Source of the DNA: Flectonema sp. DT1601
Taxonomy: Eukaryota
Direction of reading: 5' to 3'
NCBI GenBank assembly: GCA_964019425.1
Contig: OZ025781.1
Coordinates: 1,488,001 to 1,552,000 of the forward strand
DNA length: 64,000 nt
The notes beneath the pieces are model-generated. The model was not told the DNA's origin. It worked only from the letters and a program-made list of their open reading frames with translations, and did no database searches. Shown here piece after piece: positions 24,673 through 35,588 of the stretch. A program made the translations under genes and the position numbers. Within the stretch, counting starts at the first letter, position 1, and each line of letters opens with the position of its first letter.

Positions 24673-24983
24673 ATGGGCAACCGAATGGGATGCCTCAAAT
24701 GCTTTGAAAGCGACGACGCAGTTGGGGGATTTTCTGCTCTCAGATGCGTGAAATGCAGAGGCAAGGTGTGGTATTAAACTTTAAAAAAATGATTGACCAC
24801 TATATTTCTCACATCACATAAAATATCAGGTACAAGAGAATGACGCAAGCTTTTCAGGAGGGAAAGTTTACCACAAAAAATGTTATATTAAGGTATGAGT
24901 TGTTTTATAGATTTCTACATAAGGTCTGGTGTAGCAAATTGAAAAGTCATAAAAATCAGATAAAGCGCGGTGCGTTCTCGTGA
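24673..24983 (+). CDS. 59-aa microprotein with MG/MGC N-terminus and a single LIM-type zinc finger; exons 24673-24765, 24830-24892, 24960-24983
   Basis: Spliced sequence MGNRMGCLKCFESDDAVGGFSALRCVKCRGK|VQENDASFSGGKVYHKKCYIK|IKRGAFS*. Introns of 64 and 67 nt match the local consensus; acceptor AG at 24658-24659. Confidence 0.72.
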
Positions 24984-25367
24984 ATAGCAATTCGCAAATT
25001 CGTTGTTGCCTCCCGGCAGTCAAAAGAATGAGTTTCTTACACTCCGATTTTAAATATTATTGTTTCTGTTTGATTTGATGTGTTTCTTACTACTTTCTTA
25101 GAATTATTTTAAGGCAAACAACTCTTGCGTGAACATTTACCCCATTTACACAGTCTCCTAATTCCGTTTTTTTTTCTCTTTTTTTTTTTTTTTGTAATTA
25201 AATGCGTCAAAAAGAACGCATTGATTGCTACAGGGCAACCATCGCAGTTGCTACAACAACACTAGTTTTCTTTATTGAATTTGGTGGTTCTCTTTTTTTT
25301 TTTTGTTTTGTTTTTTTTTTTCCTTCAGATATAAAAATGTATTCTTCTTCAGGGTGATAATATAAAT

Positions 25368-25919
25368 ATGTCGACAGCACTACTGTCGCCGTCTGACTTT
25401 CAAGTATACCACTGTCATAACCCTGTGGTTGGTGGAGGTAGTAAGAAACAAGATATATTAGAGACCAGGCAGTTAGAATTAAGTAGAACACTTCGATGTT
25501 TGAGAACCACTCCAAGGAACGATTCTGATGAGCTGTTCTCGCTGACGCATCCTCCAAGTGAAGGGATATTAGTCCTTAAAGTCTTATCAAATTTATTTGA
25601 AATTTCTTGTCATAAAAAGCTTTGGAGACATTTAAAATCTTTACCGTTTGAGCTTGTTGTTGAACATCTAGTTAGTCAGTCACCTGAGTTTACTGCTCCT
25701 GGAACACCTCTTCACATGTCCCTCCTCGATTTGTCATTAAAATATGGAAGCGGCGGAGCCGTTTTGCGAAATAGATTATTATCAAACATCTCTGACTGGT
25801 GTCTCGCTTACTATGAACTGTGCCCTTCTAAACAACTAACCAGAAATGAGATCCACATTAGAGCAGAAGCCAAAGCTGCAGAAATTATTAGGCAATATGA
25901 GATGAATAAACAACAATGA
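25368..25919 (+). CDS. hypothetical protein (183 aa)
   Basis: ATG-started ORF with coding-like composition and an upstream CTTCTTCAG acceptor. Confidence 0.72.
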   Translation: MSTALLSPSDFQVYHCHNPVVGGGSKKQDILETRQLELSRTLRCLRTTPRNDSDELFSLTHPPSEGILVLKVLSNLFEISCHKKLWRHLKSLPFELVVEHLVSQSPEFTAPGTPLHMSLLDLSLKYGSGGAVLRNRLLSNISDWCLAYYELCPSKQLTRNEIHIRAEAKAAEIIRQYEMNKQQ

Positions 25920-26008
25920 CTTCAGTAATATGTGTGCAATCTTGTGGATAGTTCCCTTGATAGATTTTTCTTCTTTTTTATGTATTTTATTTGTTTTATC
26001 TTGTTCTG

Positions 26009-26043
<35 letters not shown>

Positions 26044-26539
26044 GAAATAGCTGAGGAAAAGAGCTGCTTAATGGCTGCGGATCAAACCTCACCTTTTTGA
26101 TTTGATAGGAGAGGTGGTGGTTTAGCTATTTCCTCTTTGTTGTAATGATGTGGAATGTTGTAGTAAGCATTTAATGCATCTGCGCTTCTTGAAAAAAAAA
26201 AAAAAAAATGGCGGTGGCAAAAAAAAAAAGTTTTGTATTATAAACCTAATTTTTTTTTTTTTTTCCAATTCTGATTTTTCGTAATCTACAGAGATAAACA
26301 TTCTCCCTAAGTTACAATTAGATACGAAGAGATCATAGAGTTCATCCTTTTTCGATTCTCCTTTCATTGTTACATCAGTGACGGACAATAACTAACGTAA
26401 CCATCTGTATCTAAATATTATTTTCATTTTATTATTATTATTATCTAAAAACCTAACTAGGGATTAGTACCTGCTGCTTTGAAGGCTCTCCGCAGCTGAA
26501 CTGAATTCCTTCCAAAATTACGTTGTGTTGGAGAATCTT

Positions 26540-26724
26540 CTCCGCTGTTACTGTATCTCACGTGTGTAAACAGAAATTTAAGTAAGTCGGAAACTTACTT
26601 GTAAGTCTGTGCTGCTTGTTGCAATCAAAATGTGGTTCTTGTATCGAGATAATTGTGTTCTTCGCTGTTTATTTATTTCTTGTTACTCCGCTGTTACTGT
26701 ATCTCATGTGTGTAAACAGAAAAT
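26540..26724. repeat. two 39-bp direct repeats (26540-26578, 26686-26724; 1 mismatch)
   Basis: ctccgctgttactgtatctca(c/t)gtgtgtaaacagaaatt occurs twice, 107 bp apart. Confidence 0.9.
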
Positions 26725-26834
26725 TCTACCAAATCAAAAAAAAAATTTTTATTTTCATCTTTTTTTTTTTATTCCAGACGGTTGGTTTTTCCAAGAAGGG
26801 GAAAAAAAAAAAAAAAAAAAAAAACCAACAAAAC

Positions 26835-27506
26835 ATGTCGAATAACTGTGTTCGAAGGATATATGGACTACCTTCTAAGAATAAATCACAATACGGATCC
26901 ATAGTAGACGCAATCTCAGAGAATGTAGGTGAGAGTATGACAGTTAGTAGTTGCCTTCCAACAGAAGCTGTCGTCACAAAGTATGATTTAATTCCAAAGG
27001 ATGGCAGGGATTCTTGGTACGTATTGGAGGGACTGGGTGATATTCAATTTAATATTTTACTTCCAAAACCACCTCACAAACCTGGTCTTCTGTTAGCTGA
27101 ACATAAAGAGCAATCATCATTAACTAATATTCTATGTAAGGAATTACAGTTGGTTGAGAGAGCAAGACAGGTTATAACTGTGACCTATTCGAGATCGTTC
27201 TCAAACCCTGATTGGAATATTGCTGTTGGTCAAATCAAAGCAAATGGAGAACAGAAAGCGATCGTTGTTGAAATTGCTTACCTTCCGTACAATGATTGCA
27301 ACCCTCCTCCGAGTGTTGAAACTCTGGTTGCGCAGTTTGCGTCTCTCGCAAAATTATCGAATCTCGGATTTCACAGTTGTCGAGAATCCAATGAAAAGAT
27401 CTATCTGAGTACAGGACTCACATCTCGTCCTGATAAGGAGGACATCCCGCACAAACATCTAGCATTGGATATGACTGTACTTGCTGTGAACTCTTGTCTT
27501 TTATAA
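26835..27506 (+). CDS. putative Mediator subunit Med20-like protein
   Basis: ATG 26835; the upstream part of the listed ORF is homopolymer sequence. PDWNIAVGQIKANGEQKAIVVEIAYLP resembles the Med20 'DFxVxxGxV...KGxxVEVEYxP' motif, and the size (223 aa) fits. Confidence 0.6.
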   Translation: MSNNCVRRIYGLPSKNKSQYGSIVDAISENVGESMTVSSCLPTEAVVTKYDLIPKDGRDSWYVLEGLGDIQFNILLPKPPHKPGLLLAEHKEQSSLTNILCKELQLVERARQVITVTYSRSFSNPDWNIAVGQIKANGEQKAIVVEIAYLPYNDCNPPPSVETLVAQFASLAKLSNLGFHSCRESNEKIYLSTGLTSRPDKEDIPHKHLALDMTVLAVNSCLL

Positions 27507-28779
27507 TTTTATGGAAACCTTTTGATATCCCAGCTGTTCCTCTTCAAACTTTATAAGCAAACCATACGGAGCTTGACAGACGAATCAAGTGAGTAATCGT
27601 TTTCTTAATCACATTCTCACTCTGTCGCTACTTTATTCGACGACAACTATTAGTCAACGCCGGGTCGTACTTGTGATTGTTACCACATCGCGTTTAGAAG
27701 AATGTCATCATATTTTCCAACCAATTTAACACCCAGCAGGTTATTCAAAATAATGCAGATGGTTGTTACTCATCTACATTTGGTTGATTCTCTTGTGAGC
27801 GATGTGTTGACTGCGGCAGCTGAGGAGTACCGAGGGGGGTGAACTCTCGTTCGCTGGTGAGATTCCTTGCGAAACTGAGCAGCACTTGATGAGATGGAGT
27901 AGGTTTGAATAGTGAGTTGGAGATGTAGATGTGCATGAAGCCATTTTAGTTGTTCTAGTTTGTCGAGAAGCTGACTCGAAGGATGGACGCTCCCACATTC
28001 TCAATAGAAGGTTGACTTAGTGTTGACAGCACTTTGCCACCTCCAGTAGCTTTCACAATTCAAACGCGAGATCACAGCCGTCAGATGATTTGTTGAGTGT
28101 TTAAATTACTATACTTGATCAGGTCTTAGCGTCACTACTATTGGAGATCTGTTCAGCAACCAATGCACTTGACTTCTTGGGTATTAGTAGCGTTACTACT
28201 GTTGGAGAGTTACTACTGTTGGAAATTATCGATCACTGCGCTTAACCTTTTAGCTCTTAGTGTCACCGTTAGTTATGATTTCTTGTATTGCTGTTCAATC
28301 ACTTCGCTTGAATTTTCAAGTTTTAGTGCGTCACCGTTATTAAAGGTCTCTTCTTGTGTAGCTGTTCATTAATCGCTGCAGTCCGCTGTGGTCAGGACTT
28401 TTGGGGTGAACGGATAGGCATATTCCAGTTCCCTGTTTTTTATTTATTGGAGCGTCACTTCGAAGTTTGAATTGTTACCTCATTTTATTTTCCGGTCTAA
28501 TTTTTATGACCTTGGCGAACAAAGATACAGCACCTGGGGAAATGAACTGATCCGTAACTTTTTTAATTATCTGGGGTCATACAGTATCACTCAGGTGACG
28601 TTTTGGTTGCGTTTCCTGAGAGAAATAAATGAAGTCCCCAACGGCAAAGGAATAGAACCCAAATGAGAAACCTTATTAGTGTTCGTGGTGTTTATTCACG
28701 AAGAAAGTAGGTGTTTTCTGTTTGTAAAAGTATCACACATTTATAATTTATTTCTTCCTACCACAGGGTGCGAAAGACC

Positions 28780-31568
28780 ATGGCGAACTACCCACCGTAT
28801 GCCATAGTACCAACACAGGCTGTCGCTGCTGCTCCGGCACCTTCGGGTAGCACTAGGGTTTCTCCGCCTCGACAGAGGCCCGTGGCTCAGGTATGATTTT
28901 TTATAGACTACGGTTATGAAGTAAACACCATTATATATGTGAAAACGATAACTCAAATACAGCAAGCAGTCGACATGCAGTTCACACAAGCTGTAAACCA
29001 ACGACGTAATCTCGACAAGGATATCGATGACATTAGAAGGAAATTAGAAATTAAAGCGAATGAATGTAACAAACTCCAAGACCAATTAAATTACATGCAC
29101 TCAACTACTGATCAATATAAAGACAAGTTGGCAAGAGAGAAAGAAATACTGAAAGATGAACACGCTGGTGACATTCAACGATTAAAAGCAGAACATGACT
29201 CAGCCCGAAACGAGTCTAACGATATGTTACAGCAACTTATCCAGCAAGTTAAGAAACAAAAGGCTGAGTTGGAACAGAGAAATCTTTCAAAACAATCATC
29301 GGAACTCACTCTCACTGAGGAAATACGTAGACTTCAACAAGAGAATGCTCGTCTTATGGTAATTGTATGTTCCTTTGTTGTTTTAAACTTAGTTTCCATT
29401 ATTAGTTACGATTATGTCATCAACAACTCAAACAGGCGGACTCTTGCAAGGAAGACGCCAATCGTTCTGTCAATGAAGTAGAGCTAGCAATGGATCAACA
29501 GGTACGTCTCTATCTTTATACTTACTTAATAAGTTATGTTTGAAAAATATTTTCACTAAATCAGATGTCTCGTGTGGTTGAGGCTGAACACGTCGCTGCT
29601 CAGAAAGATGAACAAATGAAAAATGCTAAGAAGGAAGTCGCAATGCTCAGGGAAAGCTTAGAAAAAGTTGCTAAAGAATTAGTGAACAGAAGTAAAGACA
29701 GAGATGGTGAGATTATGAGAAGACAACAACAACATGAACTCGACGCCAGAAGAATGGCAGACGAGCTGCAATCTCTAATCGCTGATAAGAAGGAGTTGAG
29801 TAGAATTGAACTCCAACAGAGAGAAGAGATTATCGTATTCCGCGATAAGTTTGAAAAAGCTAAAATAACGAATGCTGAACTCGCTCAAGAAATAGGAAGT
29901 TTACAAGAACGACTCACAGCTAAAGAGGAAAATGATAATATTTATCAGCGAGAAATAGACGACACGATGGAACAAATGGAACTTCTCAAGCAAGAAAACA
30001 ATTCACTCCATTCTCAAACTGATCGCACAAACGAGAAATGCCGTCTTCTACAAGAAGAAATCCAACGACTTGAAGAGAACATGGGAAGAGTGAGAAACAA
30101 TGTTGCCGAGGGAGAAGAAGAACTGACAGCCTTTCACAGAGACAGAGCAACATTCGCTTCGAAAATGAGAGGAGGTATTGAGTCTGCGGTTGAGGAAACG
30201 AGAAGACTTGTTCAAGAAGTTGATGATTTTAGAATGCAAGTAAGAGAGTCTGTAATAATGCACGCACCAGAGGAAGCAAGAGACGTAGAAATGGAATTAC
30301 TACGAGAACAACAACGAGAACGAGACAATCACCAACGAGCAACAGCACCACTTCCTAATGGTGATGAACACTCTTCGATAACTTTAGTTGGAAGACTTCG
30401 TGAAGATCTTATCATCTCATGGGAAGACCTCAGAGTTATCCGATCTGATGTAAAAGATGAAGTCAGTCGAATGATGGATCTCTACAACCAACACCACGCT
30501 CTTAAAGATGCTTATGTAGTCGATCGTGAACATCTAGCAACTCTAACAATTAATTTAAATGAAGCAAACGCTGCATTCTCAAAACTACAAAAGGAAAAGC
30601 AAATCCTCCAGGATGCTCTACGAGATCAAGACTCTTGGATGAAAGACGCTGTAAAGACTACTAATGAAAGCAACATCGCACGAGAGCAACTCATATCTGA
30701 GAATGACAGGATTAAAACAGAATTAAATCGAATTGAAGACCAAGGAACTGATGTTGATAACCTTGAGAGAAGTTTAATCGCTGTAAGAACTGAGAATGAA
30801 AGACTCCACAAGGATCTCGTCTTATCGAAACACGAAAAGAGTGATATCGAAGATGTCGCTGCTGAAGACAGACAGAAACTCGCTCGTATGCGAAATGAAT
30901 TTGAGTCAATGAAAATTGCTTCCCAAAGCAGCTGCGAAGGAGAAAAGATGCTTCGCGATGAAGTCTTCCGGGCCTCTAGTGATCGCGATCTGTACAAGGA
31001 GCAGACAAGGAAATGTCAAAATGAACTCCAAGAGTTTAAGCATGCGTCTGAAAGTGAAAACCGTCAACTACGAGATGAGCTCTTTGACTTAAAAAGATTA
31101 AACACATCCAGTGCTGAGAAGCTGGCAGAATACGAACGGCGTTTTGAAAAACTCGGAACTGACTCTGAAGCTCTCGAACGACAACTACGAAGTCAACGTG
31201 GTGTCCAAGAAGACTTAATGATAACGAGAGATGAAGCAGATCAGAAAGTTGTGTTTTTAGAAGAAGAGAAGGCACAATTAAACAACACCGTCAGTCATCT
31301 AAAACGAGGAGTTGAAGCAATGTGGAGCAGTATGAAAGAAGCAAAGTCTGACGACAGCAGACAGCTACCTGTTGGTTCATCAACTCCACGAGATCAATCA
31401 CCTCTAACAAGAATGCAACATTCTCCAGCAATAACACCCGTCAGAGGTATTTCTCATAGAGCTCACTCCACTCAAGAAGATGACTTAAAGGATATTGAGG
31501 ATCGCGTTTTAAACTTATTGGGTGCTCGTAAAAGTGAAATGTCTTCTTGGTCGGTACCAAGACGTTAA
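28780..31568 (+). CDS. long coiled-coil protein; exons 28780-28890, 28963-29358, 29436-29501, 29565-31568
   Basis: Three phase-0 GT-AG introns link MANYPPY... to ORFs 28939 and 29565. Heptad-rich E/K/R/L/Q sequence; acceptor CCACAG at 28766. Confidence 0.85.
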
Positions 31569-31882
31569 ATAATTATATCGTTTTTTCCTTTCCCTTTTTT
31601 CCTTTCTTTTTTTTTTCAGATATTGTTGGTTGCTATATTATTCAGCAATCGTTTGTTACTCCTAGAGCTTTTTTTTTTCCCCCTTTTCCCAATTCCTTAC
31701 CTGATTTTCTTGTTAGTTTCCCTTTTTTTTTGTAAGTCTATGCCACCTCGGCATGTCGTCGTAGAAGCATATTATTGTTATTTAATGAAAAAAAAAAAAA
31801 AAAAAATGTAATTTAGATTGAGCTGATTCCGATAGTTGTGATCTCTTACGAAACCCTTAACAGAATATCATCACAGAAGAAT

Positions 31883-33667
31883 ATGGAAACGTATTGGATA
31901 GGTGTGCAGGCGAAGAAAGAATACTTCACTGGAGTTATAAAAGAAACAATTGAAGATTTTTTAGTCAATGAGATAGATGAGAATGGTGATGTTGTTGAGT
32001 TTACAGGAACTAAGACTCTTCCACCGATGCCTGGTTTTGCAAAGATTTACCAAAACAGCACAAAGAGCTACAGATCAGCAAATAATGAACAAGAAAACAA
32101 CATTCCTGAAGAGAAACTACCAGAGCTTAATACGCTCATTGCGAATGAAAAAGTTGAAAGAATCAAAGAAAGAACACTACCAGTAGAGATAGATGAACAG
32201 ATGGATAGAGATCAACGCATCTTATTAAACAAAGTAATTAGAACAACGTACCCAAATCTGATGATGAATAGCGTTGATAGCGTTGTTAGTGTTCAAGTGT
32301 GTCCTGCTTTTGATATTGTAAAACAGTGTTTTGGAGAAGATCAGGCAAATCAAATAATTCGATTCACGGTTTCGAACTCTACTCGTTTGAAGTGTTCATA
32401 TCAAACAGATTGTAAACAAACAAGAAAAGAGTTTAATCAAATGTGGCCGAGTCGGTTTGGTTTCGTAAAACTTAACGCTACAAACGGAGTAGTCACATTC
32501 TCAAAGAAAGCTGAACGCCAAAAGAGAAAGGGATGTGAGCCTATCAGCTGCTACACAACATTCACTCTTTGTAAAACAGACCTGTCATGGCAAGAAGCAT
32601 GCCGACAGTTAGCAGTGTCTGTTGGACTTCGAGAAGGTGATGTTCACTGTGCAGGCATGAAAGATAAAAAAGCAATTACTGTTCAGAAATGTTGTGCAAA
32701 AGGAACTGTTGCTCAAAAGCTTCTTCGGATATCACACGACAAAGTGAAGATCTGCGATATTTCATACGCAACAAACCCAATCTTGTCAGGGTCACTATCA
32801 GGAAACAAGTTCACAATCACAGTCAGAAACATAACTCCACAGCTTTCACAAGAGGAATTTCAAAACCGTTGTAATGAAGTATTCGCAAGTGGATTTGCAA
32901 ACTTTTTCGGTCATCAAAGATTTTCATTCTCCTGTAAAACTGATCAACACATAGCACACAAACTATTACATGGTCAGTGGAATGCTGCTGTTAATATCCT
33001 GATGGCACTAAATAATGAAGACAAGGAAGCTGTTACTGATGCTAAACAAGAATACATCAACACTGGAGATTGTCGAAAAGTTGCAAAAATGCTCCCAACT
33101 TACAAATCCACAGAACGTGAAGTCATGTGGTCGAAGGAGAAGTATCCTTCAGAAGAAGAAGGTGCGAAATGGTTTTTAGGAGTCAACTACTCAACAAGAG
33201 AGCTTTGGTTTCACATGTTACAAAGCTGGATATGGAACAAAGTTCTCGTAAAGAGAATAGAAAAGTTTGGTAGCAAAGTTCTTAAAGGAGACCTCATCAT
33301 GACTCCGCTGTCAGCTTCAGCTAAAGCAGAGAAGCAAACTCCGTTAGTTTGTACAGAACCATCAGATTTCACGATATTTCACGTTGTGCATCCAAAGCCA
33401 GGATACTCCTGCGAGTATCCAAATAATGAAGTGAAGGACATCTTCAATGAAGTCCTCTCGGAGTATGGATTAGAACAGGTTTGGAAAACGTCAACAATTG
33501 GAGTTCGTCTCTCAGCTAGCTATCGTCATCTTTTTACGAAGACGTCTGAAGGTGCCACTGCAGAGTTAATAAATGATGACAAGGATGCGAAACTTTCATT
33601 CTCTCTTCCACTATCTTGTTACGCAACTGTATTGTTAGGAGAGATTATGGGAAAGCCCGTCGTCTAA
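31883..33667 (+). CDS. PUS7: pseudouridine synthase, TruD/PUS7 family
   Basis: FTGVIK...EDFLVNEID, CAGMKDKKAITVQ (catalytic Asp), LSGNKFTITVR, FANFFGHQRF, FSLPLSCYATVLLGE. Confidence 0.93.
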   Translation: METYWIGVQAKKEYFTGVIKETIEDFLVNEIDENGDVVEFTGTKTLPPMPGFAKIYQNSTKSYRSANNEQENNIPEEKLPELNTLIANEKVERIKERTLPVEIDEQMDRDQRILLNKVIRTTYPNLMMNSVDSVVSVQVCPAFDIVKQCFGEDQANQIIRFTVSNSTRLKCSYQTDCKQTRKEFNQMWPSRFGFVKLNATNGVVTFSKKAERQKRKGCEPISCYTTFTLCKTDLSWQEACRQLAVSVGLREGDVHCAGMKDKKAITVQKCCAKGTVAQKLLRISHDKVKICDISYATNPILSGSLSGNKFTITVRNITPQLSQEEFQNRCNEVFASGFANFFGHQRFSFSCKTDQHIAHKLLHGQWNAAVNILMALNNEDKEAVTDAKQEYINTGDCRKVAKMLPTYKSTEREVMWSKEKYPSEEEGAKWFLGVNYSTRELWFHMLQSWIWNKVLVKRIEKFGSKVLKGDLIMTPLSASAKAEKQTPLVCTEPSDFTIFHVVHPKPGYSCEYPNNEVKDIFNEVLSEYGLEQVWKTSTIGVRLSASYRHLFTKTSEGATAELINDDKDAKLSFSLPLSCYATVLLGEIMGKPVV

Positions 33668-33904
33668 ACGACAAACCTGTAGTCCCTTTTGGAGATCATT
33701 CCGCTTTAGGTTAGTTATCAAAATATTCATTTTCGTATTCCCTTTTAATAATAATATTGTGGGGAGTTTATTTAAAGTTTGCAGATTGCATTCTCACAGA
33801 CCCTCTTAAATGCTTTCAGAGGCAGGGTGAGATAATTTTCTTTTTTCAAATTCTTTATCGCACTCATTATTATAAATTAACATAACAGTCAGACGCAAGT
33901 AAAA

Positions 33905-35269
33905 ATGTCGAATTCAGGAGAACAACAGCAACAAGCACGAACGAGAGATGCATCAAAAGGTTCTCGTCCAGCAGTTGGTAAGAAGAAGCCGTACGCCCTT
34001 TGTTGCGGTTATATAGGAACTGGATACCAGGGGATGCAGTTTAACGAAGGATGTAAAACGATTGAAGGAGAACTTTTACAAGCAGTGTACTCTGCAGGAG
34101 GTATAAGTGAAGAGAACATGAGTAACAATGGAGGAAGTGGGTTGGGTCCTCTCCAAAAAACAGGGTGGATGAGAGCCAGTAGAACTGATAAGGGAGTCCA
34201 CGCTGTAATGAACTTGTTATCGATGAAGATGGTGGAACCTGCTGATGGAGATTTCAAAAAATATGTTGAAACAATAAATAATAAACTACCTTCGCAAATT
34301 AGATTATATTCTGTCGAACGAGTAGTCGGCAGCTTCCACGCAAAATTCGGCGTCAGCCATCGTTACTATAATTACGTTTTACCGACATTCGCATTTGCTA
34401 AACAGTTTTCTGATTATTTTAATACTGAGAACGCAAGTCTAGACCTGGATGTTATTAACAACGACGGTAAGGAAGATGATGAACTTGATGCTGGAGATGA
34501 TGATGTTGATCAAAGGGTAAAACGTCGCAAAAATGACAATAAAAAAGTAGCTCCTGAAGACAACGTTCCCGCAGTTGGGAAATATGACGAAATCTCTGAT
34601 GAACTTTTCAACAAACTTTGCGAGTATCGAATGACTGAAGAAACCCGAACAGGTGTAGACCAAGTTTTGGGTGAGTTTGTTGGTACAAATTGGTTTCAAA
34701 ACTACACTAAAGGAAAGCAATTAGGCGACCCTTCATGCCAACGTTACATCACAGAGTTTAAAATAGCAAGGATTGATATGGTTGATGGTATTGAGGTAGC
34801 TACCATATCTGTAAAGGGTGCAGCATTCCTACTTCATCAAATTAGAAGAATGGTAGCCATGGGAATAATCGCTTGGAATGCTAAGTTAGGACCATCGTTC
34901 ATTCAAAAATCAGTTCAGAAGGATGCTCGTATTCCGATTCCAACCGCTCCTCCAACCGGCCTCCTCCTAGAGAGACTTCTATTCGATCATTATCACGCTA
35001 AGTTAGATGTTTTAAAAAATTCTAAACAAGCGGGAACAGAGACACTACGTCACTTGTCATTCCCTGAATGCTCTGACCAAATGGAAGACATGCATGCTGG
35101 TATACGAAAAGAAATAATGTCACAAGAAAGATCAGGAAGGGTAATGGCTTGCTGGATAAGATCACTCCCTCACATTACTAAGTGTTACTTAGGTATTGAT
35201 ATGCACCAGGAGTGTCTCAAAGAAAGGAATTCCACTACCAGTACCGATTCATCTACAAATGAAAAATAA
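33905..35269 (+). CDS. PUS1: tRNA pseudouridine synthase, TruA/PUS1 family
   Basis: GYIGTGYQGMQ, RASRTDKGVHA, RYYNYVLP, FLLHQIRRMV, APPTGLLL. Confidence 0.93.
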   Translation: MSNSGEQQQQARTRDASKGSRPAVGKKKPYALCCGYIGTGYQGMQFNEGCKTIEGELLQAVYSAGGISEENMSNNGGSGLGPLQKTGWMRASRTDKGVHAVMNLLSMKMVEPADGDFKKYVETINNKLPSQIRLYSVERVVGSFHAKFGVSHRYYNYVLPTFAFAKQFSDYFNTENASLDLDVINNDGKEDDELDAGDDDVDQRVKRRKNDNKKVAPEDNVPAVGKYDEISDELFNKLCEYRMTEETRTGVDQVLGEFVGTNWFQNYTKGKQLGDPSCQRYITEFKIARIDMVDGIEVATISVKGAAFLLHQIRRMVAMGIIAWNAKLGPSFIQKSVQKDARIPIPTAPPTGLLLERLLFDHYHAKLDVLKNSKQAGTETLRHLSFPECSDQMEDMHAGIRKEIMSQERSGRVMACWIRSLPHITKCYLGIDMHQECLKERNSTTSTDSSTNEK

Positions 35270-35513
35270 TCGATGAAAAAAAAAAAATCAAATAAATATT
35301 ATTCTTTTTTTTTTTTCGTATATTAGCAGCTTTCAGCTCTGCTTACTGCTAAGTATGGTACCGTAAAAATGATAACAAGGAAATCAATGGAAGTCTTAAT
35401 TTTATTATTCTGTATAGGAACTATTCAGAAGAAGTATGTTATTGAATTCAAAATCCTCGTTATAAAAAGTTATAATAAGACCATCTATTGTTACCTTCTC
35501 CTAATTAATTCAG

Positions 35514-35588
35514 GGTATTATTTTAAGGATACTTCGTTTTGGAAAGAACCTACGAAGGGGAGCTCATTTTTGCAGCAATAAAACAACC
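35514..35588 (+). other. in-frame AUG-less N-terminal extension of CysRS resembling a mitochondrial presequence
   Basis: Immediately after AG 35512-35513 the frame reads GIILRILRFGKNLRRGAHFCSNKTT into ATG 35589. A second acceptor TTTTGCAG ends at 35575. Confidence 0.55.

Noticed and set aside
26071..26095. ggctgcggatcaaacctcacctt resembling the 16S rRNA 3' end
   Set aside because: It needs several indels over ~20 nt and has no flanking rRNA similarity.
26540..26724. CRISPR-like repeat-spacer-repeat
   Set aside because: Only two repeats, a 107-bp spacer, no cas genes, and a eukaryotic context.
27820..27880. CTGAGGA...GCGAAAC hammerhead-like spacing
   Set aside because: Weak stem II, no NUH triplet, and no stem I/III pairing.
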